From assembly GCA_000708835.1 (NCBI GenBank), contig DF236992.1, positions 232,916-296,915 on the forward strand: a DNA stretch of 64,000 bases, in the 5' to 3' direction. Positions 11,799 through 24,841 of the stretch are shown piece after piece. The notes under the pieces were generated by a model, which saw nothing but the letters and a program-made list of their open reading frames with translations, did no database searches and had not been told where the DNA came from. Each line of letters begins with the position of its first letter. Position 1 is the first letter of the stretch. Origin of the DNA: Klebsormidium nitens. Its lineage: Eukaryota > Plantae > Klebsormidiophyceae. Made by a program: the position numbers and the translations under genes.

Positions 11799-13282
11799 AA
11801 GTTGCCCCGATACCGGGTATGATACCCAGTAGGTACGCCGCAGGGCTTGGTAGGAACCGAGGTACGGTACTCGGGAGTCGGTCCCTCGAGTCTTGGTTCA
11901 CCGCACCTGGCCAACAGTACCGTGTACTCCGGGGACGACCGATTTCATGGTCTCGGACTCTGCCGCGTGTTTAGCTGGTACTTGCCGACTCCCCGGCTCT
12001 ACCTCCCGACTTCCTCCGAACTTCCCGCACTTGCGGCGGCTGGCCTGTTGGCATGCAACATTAGGTAGCATACCTAAAAAAGTATTGGCCCTTGAAAGTT
12101 GGGGGAGGACTTGCAAGACCGGGGATTGGCGGAGCAAGTACCGGGTTCACATGCACCGTTCGGGTTTGTCCCTATTCCGCAGACATTGCTTTGGCCGGGC
12201 CAATGATTCAAGAATTCGTCCGTACATCCGATGCATTGAACCGGGCAATACAGTGATTTCTCTAAGTGGCACCGCCGACCGGCCTGGATCCCCCGTGGCA
12301 GAGCTAGAAAATCTCCGTATCTCTCATCAGGTCTGCTATTGGGCGATTGGTGCTACAACGAGCAGTTGCACGACAACTGTCCGTATGTGAACACGCCAAG
12401 CAGGCTACACGAGGCACCTGACACAGGTACCGGTATGTCAACTGCACCATCACATGACCGGAGTCAGTGCCGTCGAACAGTTGCACTGGGCATGATGTCA
12501 TGTTGGAGCATAGGATGAAAATTCATTTGGAATAGGATCTGCCCGGGGACGGCTAGATTGCAAGTGGTTAGGCTCACGGGTCACCTGTAAATTGGGGTAC
12601 GGTACGCACATTGGAGCGCTTCCTCACATTTGGTTGAATTTGGGTTAGGACTTTGCACCGGGCACTTACCTTTAAAGATTGTACAACTTACACTTCTACT
12701 ACGGTAGGACGTACCTATTTTGTTGAACTGCACGGTTGTAATACTTACCCAATGTCAGGGTCAACCGTCACAGGGTGGTCTCCCGGGAGCTTCACGTGTT
12801 GCTGACGTGAACCTCGGGCCGGTGGAACTCGGCGTGCTCAAACTGTGGGAACGAAGAGAGTGCGCCGTAAACTGTAACACGGCATATGTACCGGTACATA
12901 GCCTCGGCGGCTTGGTACTAGTACGACCGGGGAGGCATGCGGCATGCCGATCAATGAAGCGGCGGCATGATTGATCCTTGCAACCCGGCTGGGTAGGTGC
13001 TCCGTACCGTCATTCTGAGTCTGCATTGTGCAATGCAGTGCAACCGGTTTGGGTACCTATACCTATGTGCAGGATGCGCATGGCTGCCGCTGGCTGGCAG
13101 CCGCTCAGCTCTTACAGCTCTAACACAAGCAACTAGAAAGTGACAAGATATTCTGATGCCAGTGAATGGCGTAGGTAAGTCGCGCATCAGGCTTATCCAG
13201 TATTCCGGCTTAATTCACTTCGCACAACGCGCCTTCAATTAGTCGCCTTCTTCCAATTGCGTGTGCAGTAGCCGCCGGCAGC

Positions 13283-16276
13283 ATGGCGCGGATGCTTGTG
13301 TTGACTGCGTGCCTCTTTTTCGTACTGTCAGCTGCCAGCTGCGGTGCTTCCCGCAAGCTCCAGGAAGAGCCGCTCAATGGAGGCCTCCCGATTGATGTCA
13401 GGGCGGCTGTAGGGGAAACTTGGGCTGTCGCGAAGTCCGCCGTTGCATCGGGTGACCACGAGCTCTTTTCCTCCCTCTTTGCCCCAGAGGCCAGGCTGAA
13501 TGTTCCAAACAACCACCCCATCACTGGAGCTGTGGGCAAGGCCTGGGATAAGCTCCTGTCCTTCTTCTTCAAGGGCACCTCCCCTGTAAGTTGTTGATTT
13601 CATGAAGCATTTTCCTGCATACACTTGGTGAACATACACAAGTCTGGCAAATACAGTGGTGGACCCTTCTGATGATTTGTACCTTCAGCCGCTTGTCTCT
13701 GCTCTGTTGTGAATTGTAATTGCCTCAGCTGGGTTCGTACTCTCATAGCAGCAATGTGTTATAAGGCGCCTTGTTGTAATCACATCTGGCATCTAATTGT
13801 AACATGTTGCTGTGCAGTTCTCAGGAAACATCACGACAAGCGACGCCATCTACCTGAAGAACAAGCACGCCGCCAATGGAAAGGAGTACTTTGTGCTTAC
13901 ACGCAATGCGTACAACTTGACAGAAGATGATGCGAATGTGAGCAGGCTAACCGGCTTGTTTGCGAGGGGTCCTTTTGACAGTACGAGGCCCAATGGTAGC
14001 AAACATTTGGCATCATATGAAACGTGCTTCCATGTTCAGCTGCAGGCAGAGATGCTGTAGATGGATCAAGGCAATCCCTACGGAGAAACAGACTCCTCAA
14101 TGAAGCCAAGAAGCATCTTCTGAATGGGCACTGTTGGTTGTTTACCTGGGAAGATCGTATGCATGCAGCAACACCTGCTTCCATTCAGTTCCACTTTCCA
14201 AACTGCAGGTGCTTGGAGACACTGGCGCCTCCATTGCCCTATTCCAGTGGCTGCCTTTGCCTGTTTCTCCAGCACAGCAGATTGTAGCTGCCCTCGGGCT
14301 CACTGATCCTCCCAAGCTCGGGCAGCTGAAATTTAGGTATTTTCTGCTTTTCTTAGGCCAATGCTTTCATTGATGTGTCCATTGGTTGCTGAAGATTATA
14401 TGGATCCTTATCCTAACCCTAGCTGTCCCTTCGGACGTACTGTCTGACATGCAAGGCATTCCCATGGCTCATTGCAGATTACCAATGATAGCACGTGTTT
14501 ATAATCCACCAATCCGTTTGTGAGCAAAAGAATGCACCTTCTCAATGTGCATCACACCTGCTAGAATAGCCTCGTCCAACTTCCGCGTATCTCCTCTGCA
14601 GGTGGTTTGCATCCAACAGTGACCAGGATGAGGAGGGCTCTGCCTACGCTAGCCTGGACAATGTGTTTGATGCTGAGGATGAGGACGATCTGCCTGAGGC
14701 TGAGGTCGACGCCATGTTTGGTGCGCTTGGAGACCCCCCCCTCTCCGTGCGCCTCGCTCGGACTGTTAATGCCACATGGAACCGCTTCCATCAGTCCATC
14801 CTGGCCAAGGACATCCACGGAGTGGAGAGGACTTTCTCAGATGATGTTCACCTGTACCCACCCTTTGCCAGCTCCATCTCTGGCCTTGGCGAGAAGCTGG
14901 AGGCGGCCCTTGAGAAGCTCTTTGGAGGGGGCTCGAGCGTGAGTCTCTCTCTTGATTCCAGTTGCTTGTCCTTTCAAAAAGTAGCACAAGTGCATTCTGC
15001 TCCTGCTTCAGTTAAAATTCTGCTCCTGCTTCAGTCGTACTCATGTGTTAAATCAAGGTCATACCTTTATAATGCAACCAATTGAGTTTGAGACCCCCGC
15101 TCTGATAAACTTGGTGCTTGAAGCAGGCAGAAAATTCTTGCAATCTACTATCAGAGGGGTGTTGCCTGATACTTCCTGATAGGCGCCTGGGTCCATTTGA
15201 ACATTGCCTTTTGTCAAGCTGGAGCCCCACATACCATTTGCCAACCACTTGCTGTAGCCTATTGGTATATTCTCTCAGTAATCTCTACCTTTTTAAGCTG
15301 TTGACTGGTTGCCTTGGCCTCCATAATGCGATACACGCTCAGAGGATCTGCATTTGATGACCTCCAGAATTGCATGTGACATCACTGCCACCCTTCTTAG
15401 AGAAAATGTACGAGTAAGCATGTGCCATCCCATCTACACTGGACCAATGACCTTGCACAAGTGGTCAGAGTCCAGCTTGAGGAGCGATCATGGCTTTAAA
15501 GGTAACTAGTTCCAAGTTGGAACCCCTATTTCATCTGCAGCTGACCCCGCCCACCCGCAATTTCAACGAGCTCCTGCTGTTGAAGGGGAAGGTCAAGAGG
15601 AAGACCCACGGCGTCAAGACCAAGATCAAGCACTTTGTGCTTGAGGAGAGCGACTATGAGCACCCCTCTGACGACAGTGCCAATGGCTGGTTTACTAGCA
15701 AGGTACGATCATCACCTGACATGGAAGGATGGATTGGTCAAGGGGAATTGAGCACTTGCATCAAGCTCAGGATTTGAGATTATAAAGGATGGAGCTGAAA
15801 TGGGTGCGAGACAACAATCGGTTTTCCGCTTCGCTCCAGTGCTGGATGCTCAAAGCATTGCAAGGCGCAGCATGCTGCGGCAGCCGTCCTCTGGCAACAG
15901 AAGCTCCTTCATATCGATGGATCCCCAAAAGAATCTCCGCTGGCTGGCTAAGGTGGAGTGCTTCCATCTGACGTCGCCTTCTGTTCCTCTGCAGGGCAAG
16001 CAGATGTGCCTCTGGGAGCTGCAGAAGCCCAAGGTCGCCCCCGCTTTTGTTGCAGAGGAAGTGGACGACTACCTGGGCGGGTCCGTTCTCAAGAAGCTGG
16101 ACCTGAAGCTCGGCTGGGCCATGTGGAACGGCAACCACGCGTCCAAGCACTCCCCCAGCCCCGCCCCCGCCCCTTCTGAGGAGCCGACTGAAGCCCCTGC
16201 TCCTAGGCCTACTGAGGCCCCCGCCCCCAAGGACGCTCCCCAGAATGAGGTTGATGCTGAGCTGGCGATTGCATAA
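13283..16276 (+). CDS. Secreted protein (~443 aa): signal peptide, two tandem NTF2/SnoaL-like (DUF4440-type) domains, Pro/Ala-rich AGP-like tail. Exons 13283-13585, 13818-13937, 14209-14336, 14602-14938, 15541-15702, 15995-16276
   Basis: Six exons join in frame (1332 nt). N-terminus MARMLVLTACLFFVLSAASCGA resembles a signal peptide. Two similar blocks (AVASGDHELFSSLFAPEARLNVPNNHPITG and ILAKDIHGVERTFSDDVHLYPPFASSISG), followed by SKGKQMCLWELQK...KLGWAMWN, fit the SnoaL-like pattern. The gene model is solid; the fold call is pattern recognition. Confidence 0.75.
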
Positions 16277-17505
16277 GTGGCACTCCGCACGAGCTGTGGT
16301 GCTGCTCAGAATGCTACTGAGTAGGATAGTCCGCATGCTCGGAATGCTACTAAGTAAGTAGTCCGCAGGATGTGGAGAGTCGGACAGGAAGTGCTGCAGG
16401 ATTCAGGAAGCAGCCGTAGAGTAAGTGCAAGCGATGAGAGCATCCCTGTTGCAGGGCTACACCGTAAGTTCTCGTCGATCAGTCATGTGGACGATCACAA
16501 CCTGTCACCGGCTTTGTTTCTGCAGTCTGTGCAAGTTGGTACCGTCAGTTTGTATTGTTGTAGGCACGTCTTTTACTTCTTTATCCTGCTTCACTTAGTC
16601 TTCGAAGGTGTTCGGACTTGCGAATCGATGAATATTCGATCGACCTTTCGGTGCCAGGCCTGCCATGAATCCAATGGGAAAGCATGTTACTAATTGTCCC
16701 GTGTAGAGCTAGAGGCAGCTCAGTGATACACTTTGCGCCAGCAGACCATCAGATTATGTTACACAGATTACCTAGCTCAGCAGCTTTTCTGCGACAATCG
16801 AGTCGGTTATAGCGTACAAAATTTCTCTTTAAAGAAAAGCACTGCAATGGTCGCACGCATGGCTATTCTAAGCCTATGACTGCCCGTCGTACACCTGTAA
16901 TTGTCGATCTATTTGATGTCGTTGAGGTACTGCTGTTGCCCTGAGTCGCTGTACATGTGCTTTGAGCGCTGCAATCATGTAATAGCTGAAATAACTCGGA
17001 GTAGTTTTAATTCAAGCATGCAGTATCTATCATATACACTGGCTCATGCAGCATTGAACAGGGTCATTTGCCAGAAACGCTGGCAGAAAGCTTTTAAGAG
17101 CATTCTTGCAAAATGTTGCATGCATGCTGCATTTCGTGATCAAATGATACATTAAACGTAGCCCAAGGGCTGATTCAATTATCCAAGCTGATGACATGAA
17201 TCGCGCAATTGGCCGGACCAGAATGATGCTCATTGGCTGCAAGAGTATCACATGATCGGCAGCATGCGGCGCAGACTTCTGCATGCACCGCGCTATCTTC
17301 GTGACCTCCGTAAGCACTCAGGCTTCGTATGTGTAAAAAGGAGCGGAACGCTGTGTAGGTACCTTACGGGCAAGTCAATATCATTTACAAGCGAGCAATT
17401 TCAGGTGACAGCCGTTCATCGGACTGATAGTCAGATCGGATCACCGAACCTGAATTCAAGACTCGGCTAACCGAAGCTCGGTCAACATCAATGTCATCCC
17501 GCAAC

Positions 17506-20500
17506 TCAGAACAAGGTGGGGTCCCGGTACCGCTTGTAGACCTCAGCTATGTCGTCATGAACCTCCTGCAGCAAGCATGAAAGAACGTGTTGAATATCTA
17601 CGGCAGCCACGCCAGGCCCTACTGAAGAATGGACACTCCCCAAACTAGATATTCACTACGTCAACTCTGGACTTGCCTTGAAGAAACTGCCGCTTGATAG
17701 CGGTCGTCGTTGAGAGTTCATTCACTCTGCGCACGGGCATGTCGGATTCGTTTCGGCGCACTTACGGCAAATATACTTTGAAGAGAATGAGGTTCGGTCC
17801 ATAACTACGGTTTCGCCTGAGTTAAGAGTAAACGATGGCAAAGAAAAGAGAGCGAGAAAGCCAGGAACAAGGCCAACCGAAACAGACTCTGTCCGGTCGC
17901 GTTCTTGGGTTCTCGACTTCACCACTTTGGTTATGCCCGAACGTGTGTAGCATTCAATTTATAAAATGGCAAACAAGATCACGAAGACACCGACGACTCT
18001 CGAAGCGAAAGGAGCGAAAGAACGAAGGCACATGGTAAACGACGACTGGAAGCGACAAAGAGATGGATGTCAGCAGCCCTCGCGCACCTGCGGCAATGGC
18101 CGCGGAAGCGTCCAGGCGGAGAGGTTCTCCTTCAACTGGGCCATGCTGGTCGCCCCAATGATTGCGCTGGTCACATGGCTCTGGTCACGTGCCCAGGCCA
18201 GCGCCAGCTGCGTCGAGGTGTACCCGTGCTTCGCGGCGACGTCAGCATAGGCCCGGATGGCTTCCTGGAAACGAAGAAAAATCTTTAGGATTTCCCAGCC
18301 TTGTGCGAGCGGAATGCGGGAGTTAAAAAGGGTCCCGGGCTTGCTGAGGGCGCATTGAAGAGCCCGCGGTTCTCGAAAAGAAGGAGGAGGCGTAGAGGTG
18401 CCGAGTTTCCTGATGGTAAGTAGGACAGCGCCGTGACTCTTCGAAGTGGAACGCAGGATGTGTACGGTTTCGTGGCTACCCTCTGTTTTGGCTACAATAG
18501 CACCGGGACAGCGATCGCTATGGGGTCTTCATAGTGCGGTAAGCGCCTACTTGAGTATTGAGAAGCAACTCACTCAGAGGCCTATTAAGAGCAGCAACCG
18601 TCACCACTCACCTTGCAAAGCCGCGTATTCCGGACAGCAGATTCTCATTATGAGCTTCGTCGGGCCTGGTTTGGCTTGTAAGGGTTTCCGAAAGAGGTCT
18701 GGATCTCACCGATACTACTTGGTAGATAACCGGTTCTGGTACTCAACCACGACCATCGGAAGCCGCGTGCATGAACGTTCCAGTCATTGAGGTCAGCAGT
18801 CGTCGTCCCCGCGATGCTGCTTATGCAGGTCAGTAGTAACTTTACGGTTTGCTTTTGGCTCGGGTCTTCGAGAACGGTTGGATTCGTACCGTTGCTAGTT
18901 GGTTGATGTACCGGTTCTGGTACCCGGGGAAGACCTTGAAGCGCCCCTTCTTGGCGGCGTCGCTGGAAGGCTCCAGATATTTGCCGCTGAGCGCGCCCCC
19001 CGTCAGCGGGGAGTACGCGAGCAGGCCCACGTTCACGTCCGGCGCCGTGCACGTCTCGACCAGATCCGCTGCGGAAAAAGGCGGAAATGTTTAGCGGAGG
19101 ATATGCAAACAGGCCCACGCGTTTTGGCAGTCACTCAGGGGCCACTTTTCAGCACAGACTCTTTGAAAGAAACGGATGCTAAACAATCGGTCACCCAGGA
19201 ATGTCTAGCGAGTACAGTTGAGTGCCCACCTTCGAACTTGCTCCGCACAAGGAGGGAGTAATTATTTTGTATGCTGACGATGCGGGGCAACCCGTGCTGC
19301 TCGGCCGCGTGGATGAACTTGAGGACGCCGTACGAGGTCTCGTTGGACACGCCCACGTATCGCACCTGGGGGAAAGCCACGTCTCAGGTGTGTCTCCTTC
19401 AGATGCGTTTAAGCAAAAGTAGCGGCAAGGAGGGAGACGGCAGCACTTTCTTGCAGCAGATCCATAAACCAATCCGTTTCCGAATGAAGCGAGGCGGAGT
19501 GCGCTCTATCAGCATATTACGGTCCAAGGTATGGGCAGCCGGGAAGTAGAGCGAGGAAAGAGCGAAACATAAAGGATTAGTCGCGCAGTTCTGGTGAATG
19601 GAGTCGATTTCTATTCCTGTCAGGACTCGGTGCCTGCAGTTCAATGAGCACCCAGCTCTCATCTGTAGACCTAAGAGTGGTATCCATTAGTCACACGACT
19701 TCTAACGGTCAGAGGCACCTCTTGTGAACTGCACCCGGCATTTGAGGCTATGGGCCTGGTTACAAAGGCGGTTACCTTCTCCCGGGTGCTCACCTTGCCT
19801 TCCTTGATCACCTCGTCCAACGCCCGCAGCTGCTCCTCGAACGATACGGCTGCTCGTCGCTTGCTCGGGTCAAACTGGTCCTCTCCAAACAGTGCAACGT
19901 AGCGATCGGGCCTGGCAGGCAAGCGGGCGGGATTGCTGTCGAAGTGGACCGATAAGGAGCCCCATCGGCAGAGAAAGAGAGCCAGTCTGACCACGCAGGC
20001 TTTTAAAGGTGTCAGTGACAGGATGTTGTCATCTGAGCCAAAAGTCTAAACAAACAAAAAGTACTTCCGAGTCCCTACGTCGATTCAAAGGATGGGCCAA
20101 CTTTCCTCGGGAGCCGTGCGGCAGAAGAAAGGGAGAGTGTCGAGTGAACCAGAATCAATACGCCTGCACACTGCTGCGGTATCCTTGATCACGCAGGTTG
20201 CATCTCCTCGTATGCTTCCCAGACAGTATCTGTTCTCACTTCCTCCCTACAGCGTCTTGGCATTCTTGCACTTCTGACGTTGACGTCAACACAATAGAGG
20301 GGCTGACAGAACTCGACAGGTCGATTGGCTTGATGTCCTTCGACGTCAACACAATAGAGGGGCTGACAGAAATCGACACGTCGATTGGCTTGATGAGAGA
20401 CTCCTCCATGCGATAAATTGCGAGCGGCGCAAACCAACCCAAGAGACGAATCGAAAGTACAAGAGACAGGAGGCCATAAGAACCAGGCAGAGTCAGAGCG

Positions 20501-23500
20501 CAACCTCGACCAGGTTCTTGCATTAGGAGATTTGTGTGAACGCTCGATGAGAACCTCTGCTGAATGGAAGTCCGTATATACCTCGCCGCTCGCTCTCGTT
20601 TGTCTCACCGTACCGTAAATGGGGCACCACTCAGCCGAGCACCAGACAAGTAATGAGAAGGTACCATAACGAAGGAAAGACATGGCAGAATAAACCGCAA
20701 GCGGCAGCAGGAACACAAAGAGGGACAAACGAAAGCGAAGATAAGTGGCACACGCATCTTAGCAAATCTGACGCCGATTCTGGTCACCAACGCTCACTAC
20801 ATTAAGTGTGACCGACAGCGACAGAACGAAAAAGGCAAAGGGACGCGGCTGTCGCGCGACGCACAGCGAACCTGCTGCAGGTCGTAGTGGTTCGTGTCTA
20901 GGCGGCGCAGCCGAATATAAAGCGGTTTAGAGAAACGGAATAAGGGATCAGAGAGAAACAACCGAAAAAAGGGAAATGACAGCGACGGAACGAGAAAGTC
21001 ACGAGTGTGCTGCAACGCCCCAGTGGATCTGCAGAAGGTCTAAGTACTCCATGCCCAAGCAGAAAGATCACGCACAAACAACAGAAATAGGCACAAAGAG
21101 AGACAGAAACGAAGGCACAAACATTGCATTCACAAAACGAGGAACTCAGAGTGTTCTGCCACGCACCAGTGAATTTGCAGCAAGTCAATGTGGTCGGTGC
21201 CCAGGCGGCGCAGGCTCTTCTCCACGCTCTCCTTGACGTTCTTGCGGTCCACCGCCGGGACCTCCCCGCCGTCTCGGAGCCAGTTGATGCGGTCGCTGCG
21301 GCCGGCGACCTTGGTCGCTACAATTACCTGTTAGAAGGGGACGGGGTTACGAACAACCGTTGAGGAGCGGTCAAACAAAGGGTCAAGGTTGTGGATTCAC
21401 GCAGGTACGGAAACGGGCGCTCGACTGACGTTTTAGTAGTCGATTGGCGTCTTCGTTTGGAGACGGAAGTTGGTTTAAGAACGGGTTGGAGGCTCGGTTT
21501 GCAGACTGGTCGGAACTTTTGTCGAAGGCATTGTAAGGAAATAGTTGATCCAGAGTCGAGCTGAGTTGATAATTCCGAACCGGAGGTGAGTAGATTCGAC
21601 AAGAGAGGTGGAAGATCAGTCCAGAATTTGTTGGAGGGCTCGACCAGACTATCTATCCATGCCCGCAATCGTCCGAAAAGGAGCATCGGCGAGTTGCTTC
21701 CCGAGGATCATCAGCAAACAAAGGAAAACGGAAGGATGCTTTGAACGGTCTCCCCTGCAGATCGGAATACCTAATGCTCGTAGGCCATATGCTCACGTCA
21801 AGTATGACAAATCTGATCCAGACTCTTATTTGAAGGAAGGGGCAAAAACGTAAGTACACTCCACAATGTATAACCCCGAGCTCAAAGACTATTCGGACTC
21901 GGCTAGATCCACTTATAGACAGGTCGATCAAAACTACAATCAACAATAATTGGCTGGATAAACCTTCTGAATATCCAGATTCCCACCTTGTCTCTAGGCT
22001 GCGACTTGAGCCAGGTTGATATGTATCTGTCTGTGCTCCCCTGGGTGTCTGGACCGGGAGGAACTGGGTACTGTAAGAAGAAGGTCGTTGATTGGTCGCA
22101 CTTGTCAAACAGAATGTCAATGGGATGCTCAAAAATGCAGTATCAGCCAATGTTAGAATGAGGAAAGTTTCGTGGCCAGTTCCCGTCCCCTAGCTGCTGC
22201 AATATCACTGGATGGATAACAGGAGAAAAAGCAAGAGCCTTAAGGTTACTGTAAGGCATATGTTGACAGCTTCGAGGACTCTAGTGGTGACAGTGTCAGA
22301 GTACTAGAGTTTCCATTACAGTCCCAGGCGGACACCCCATTAACGAATCAATCTCAAGATGCCACTGACTATTCTCAGTGCCTTAACATGAAGTCAGTGC
22401 TCTTATCGATTTCATACCAGCACGCATTTCTCCACAGTTTTATGACACAACCGTTCTCACCAGACCTGCTAGCCCCTTTGTCAAAGGTTTTGAAAGGTGG
22501 TCTGTCAATGGCACTTAGTTCAGAAACTGGTCAATTTGGACTACCAAACAGACCACTTGATGAACCTGAGGGCCAGGAACTCTTCACTAAGAATACAGCA
22601 GACTGTCAGAGAATTGCAGGTAGATCTTGCACAGACAGGCTCCACTGCAGTAGATGCCAACGAGACCTAGCCTAGAAAACCTTCAGCAAAGAGAAGTGTG
22701 TTGAATGTGCTTTTACTTGATGAAACTTGAGCTGACACAGTGCATTCCTGGAGAAAGAGAGAGAAATCTTACCATCTCTGCACTGTCAAAGATGTTGATC
22801 CCCTGGTCAAATGCATATGACAGCTGCTCGTGTGCTTCCTTCTCCGTGTTCTGGTTGCCCCACGTCATCTGCACCGGCTTTCAGTCAAGGCGAAATAGCA
22901 AATTGCTGCCAATATAGACTGCACCACCGATGCATCATGGAAAACACTCTGCTCCCCATACCCGGTCTGATACATCCAGAGTCACCGGACGTCTGATATG
23001 GTGGTATAGCAGTGGCTGCAGACAAAACTGATCAAAGCGACCAAGTCACCACTACAAAGAGATCTATGCAGAGCGCCACGTGTGGCTGCCAGCCTCCACA
23101 AGCGCTGCCCAACGGAGTGTCAAGCGGAGACAAGCGCTCGACCAACTCCGGGACTGACACCGCATGCAGAGTCTACCCAAGGAAACTGAGTGATGCTGTG
23201 AGGATACAGTCCCAAGCGTGATCTCGCTGATCATCAGGTCCGACTCCCCCAGCTTGTTGTACTTGAGCGCCTGCTTCACCCCCACTTGTTCCGCCACCCT
23301 GGCCCTCGGTGTGGCCCTTTGCGGACCACTCCTGGTTGCAGCATTCTGTTGAAGACTGAGACGCCGCTGGCTTTTCAAAAGATCGTTGTGCAGGAAATTT
23401 GAAGAGGGAGCTGATGATGCGCTGTGGTATCGCCAGGGTGCAATGCTGCCAACGGCGTTCACTGACGCGGTGCATGCTTTTGGGGCTTGACAGCTGCTCT

Positions 23501-23549
23501 TGATGCCGCCTGGACCAACAACATTGCAGAGCGCAGTAGTGGAAGCCAT
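17506..23549 (-). CDS. Plastid-targeted aldo-keto reductase, Tas-like subfamily, ~450 aa. Exons 23208-23549, 22773-22868, 21987-22070, 21167-21327, 19794-19911, 19230-19365, 18890-19068, 18088-18264, 17506-17565
   Basis: Motifs SEITLGTMTWG, GINIFDSAEMYPVP (catalytic D and Y), VATKV (K), DLLQIHWPDRYV (H), RYVGVSNET, SIQNNYSLL, LLAYSPLTGGALSGKY, AIIGATSMAQLKENL. The Ser/Ala-rich N-terminal ~90 aa resemble a transit peptide. Phases consistent (1353 nt). Confidence 0.93.
20282..20395. repeat. Two-copy tandem repeat, 60-bp period, inside an AKR intron
   Basis: gacgtcaacacaatagaggggctgacaga(ac/aa)tcgaca(g/c)gtcgattggcttgatg at 20282-20335 and 20342-20395; 2 mismatches in 54 nt. Confidence 0.9.
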
Positions 23550-24841
23550 CCTGAAAGATCTAAACTGTTGTCTGCTGGAGCTGGCTTTTTGAATGGATGA
23601 TGTGTTTTTCGATCCACCTCCTAATATGAATCAATCAAGTTCTGAGCCCAGAAGAGCCCTGGAGGTACCTACTTTACATCTTTAATACACTGGTTCCGGA
23701 CGCCTCCAGGCTCCAGAGTCCAGGGCTGTCGGACACTTCCGAGACCGATTGAAGTGCAGAGCTCAAACTGCCTCTCACAAGCGTCCGATTCGTCCGGAAT
23801 CCTGTCCGACGAAACCGAACTCTAGCCAGCTAGAGCAACTTGAACAATTCATAGCCGTCGCGACCGGCCGCGCCGGCTCCGTGCGCGCGCGCAAGCACCA
23901 GTACTTGCTGCATTAGTCAATAGTCAATATAGTTTCCATGGTACGTCGTGAGTTCCTGCTGGCCGCTTGTTGGATCTTGGAGTTCATCACGGCTTTTGCA
24001 AATTTGAGCAGAAATACCGTCGGGAAGGAAATGATCCATTCAAGCGAGGAAAAGGCGCACTATCTCTCATCGAGCTAGAACTTCGAATCTATTAATCGAA
24101 GTATCTAGATTGTCGGAGGCGGTCATGTTGACGTCCTTGTCCAGCGGCACGCTCAGGGACTGCATGTCAAGCAGAACTCCTTCCCATATCTCATCCCACC
24201 TCATATTAGCAATTGCCTCCTCCTTGACACTAGTACGTACTGCTTGTCTCGCTTACATAAGCTGACAAGCATGTGCAGCAACGAGAATCAAAAAGGCTTT
24301 TCCTCCTGTTGACCAAGAGGAACGATGAAAGGTGGTGCATGAAGCACTCAGCTGATACGCATCGTATCGACGTGTCGAGTGACAATTATCTACATGGAAA
24401 TCAAAGTGGGCTTTATAAATCATCACTAGTAGATCCGGTAGCGTGCATCCAAATGACTAACTAACACGTACCTTATTCTCTTTCTCAACTTTCCTTCTTG
24501 CTCAACCCCTCAACTGTGACTCATACGGTCGAGGAGAATTTAAAGATGAAAGTTCTTGTGTCGAAGGAAAAGCTTGCACCCCTAAGTCTCAATTACGAAC
24601 CACCTTGCGCTCTCCAAGGCGGAAGTTAAGACCCGATGCAAAGCTCCGCCCCTTAAACAAACGCTGCACCATTACATTCCTCTTCTATATAGCTTTAAAC
24701 AGTAAGCCTAGTCTTACTTGACTGGACGCCCTAACTGCAACCCTACTACCTACAGATAACCGAGTGTAGATGCACTAAGGCCAAGTCCCAAACGGCCATT
24801 CTGCCAAATGTATTACGGACTGATGCCCGCAACCCGGCCCT

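Noticed and set aside
16309-16368. Imperfect tandem duplication (gaatgctact...tagtccgca x2) in a 3' UTR; also the agggtgcagt x3 repeat near 38036
   Set aside because: Ordinary local slippage repeats with no spacer structure, so not CRISPR-like.
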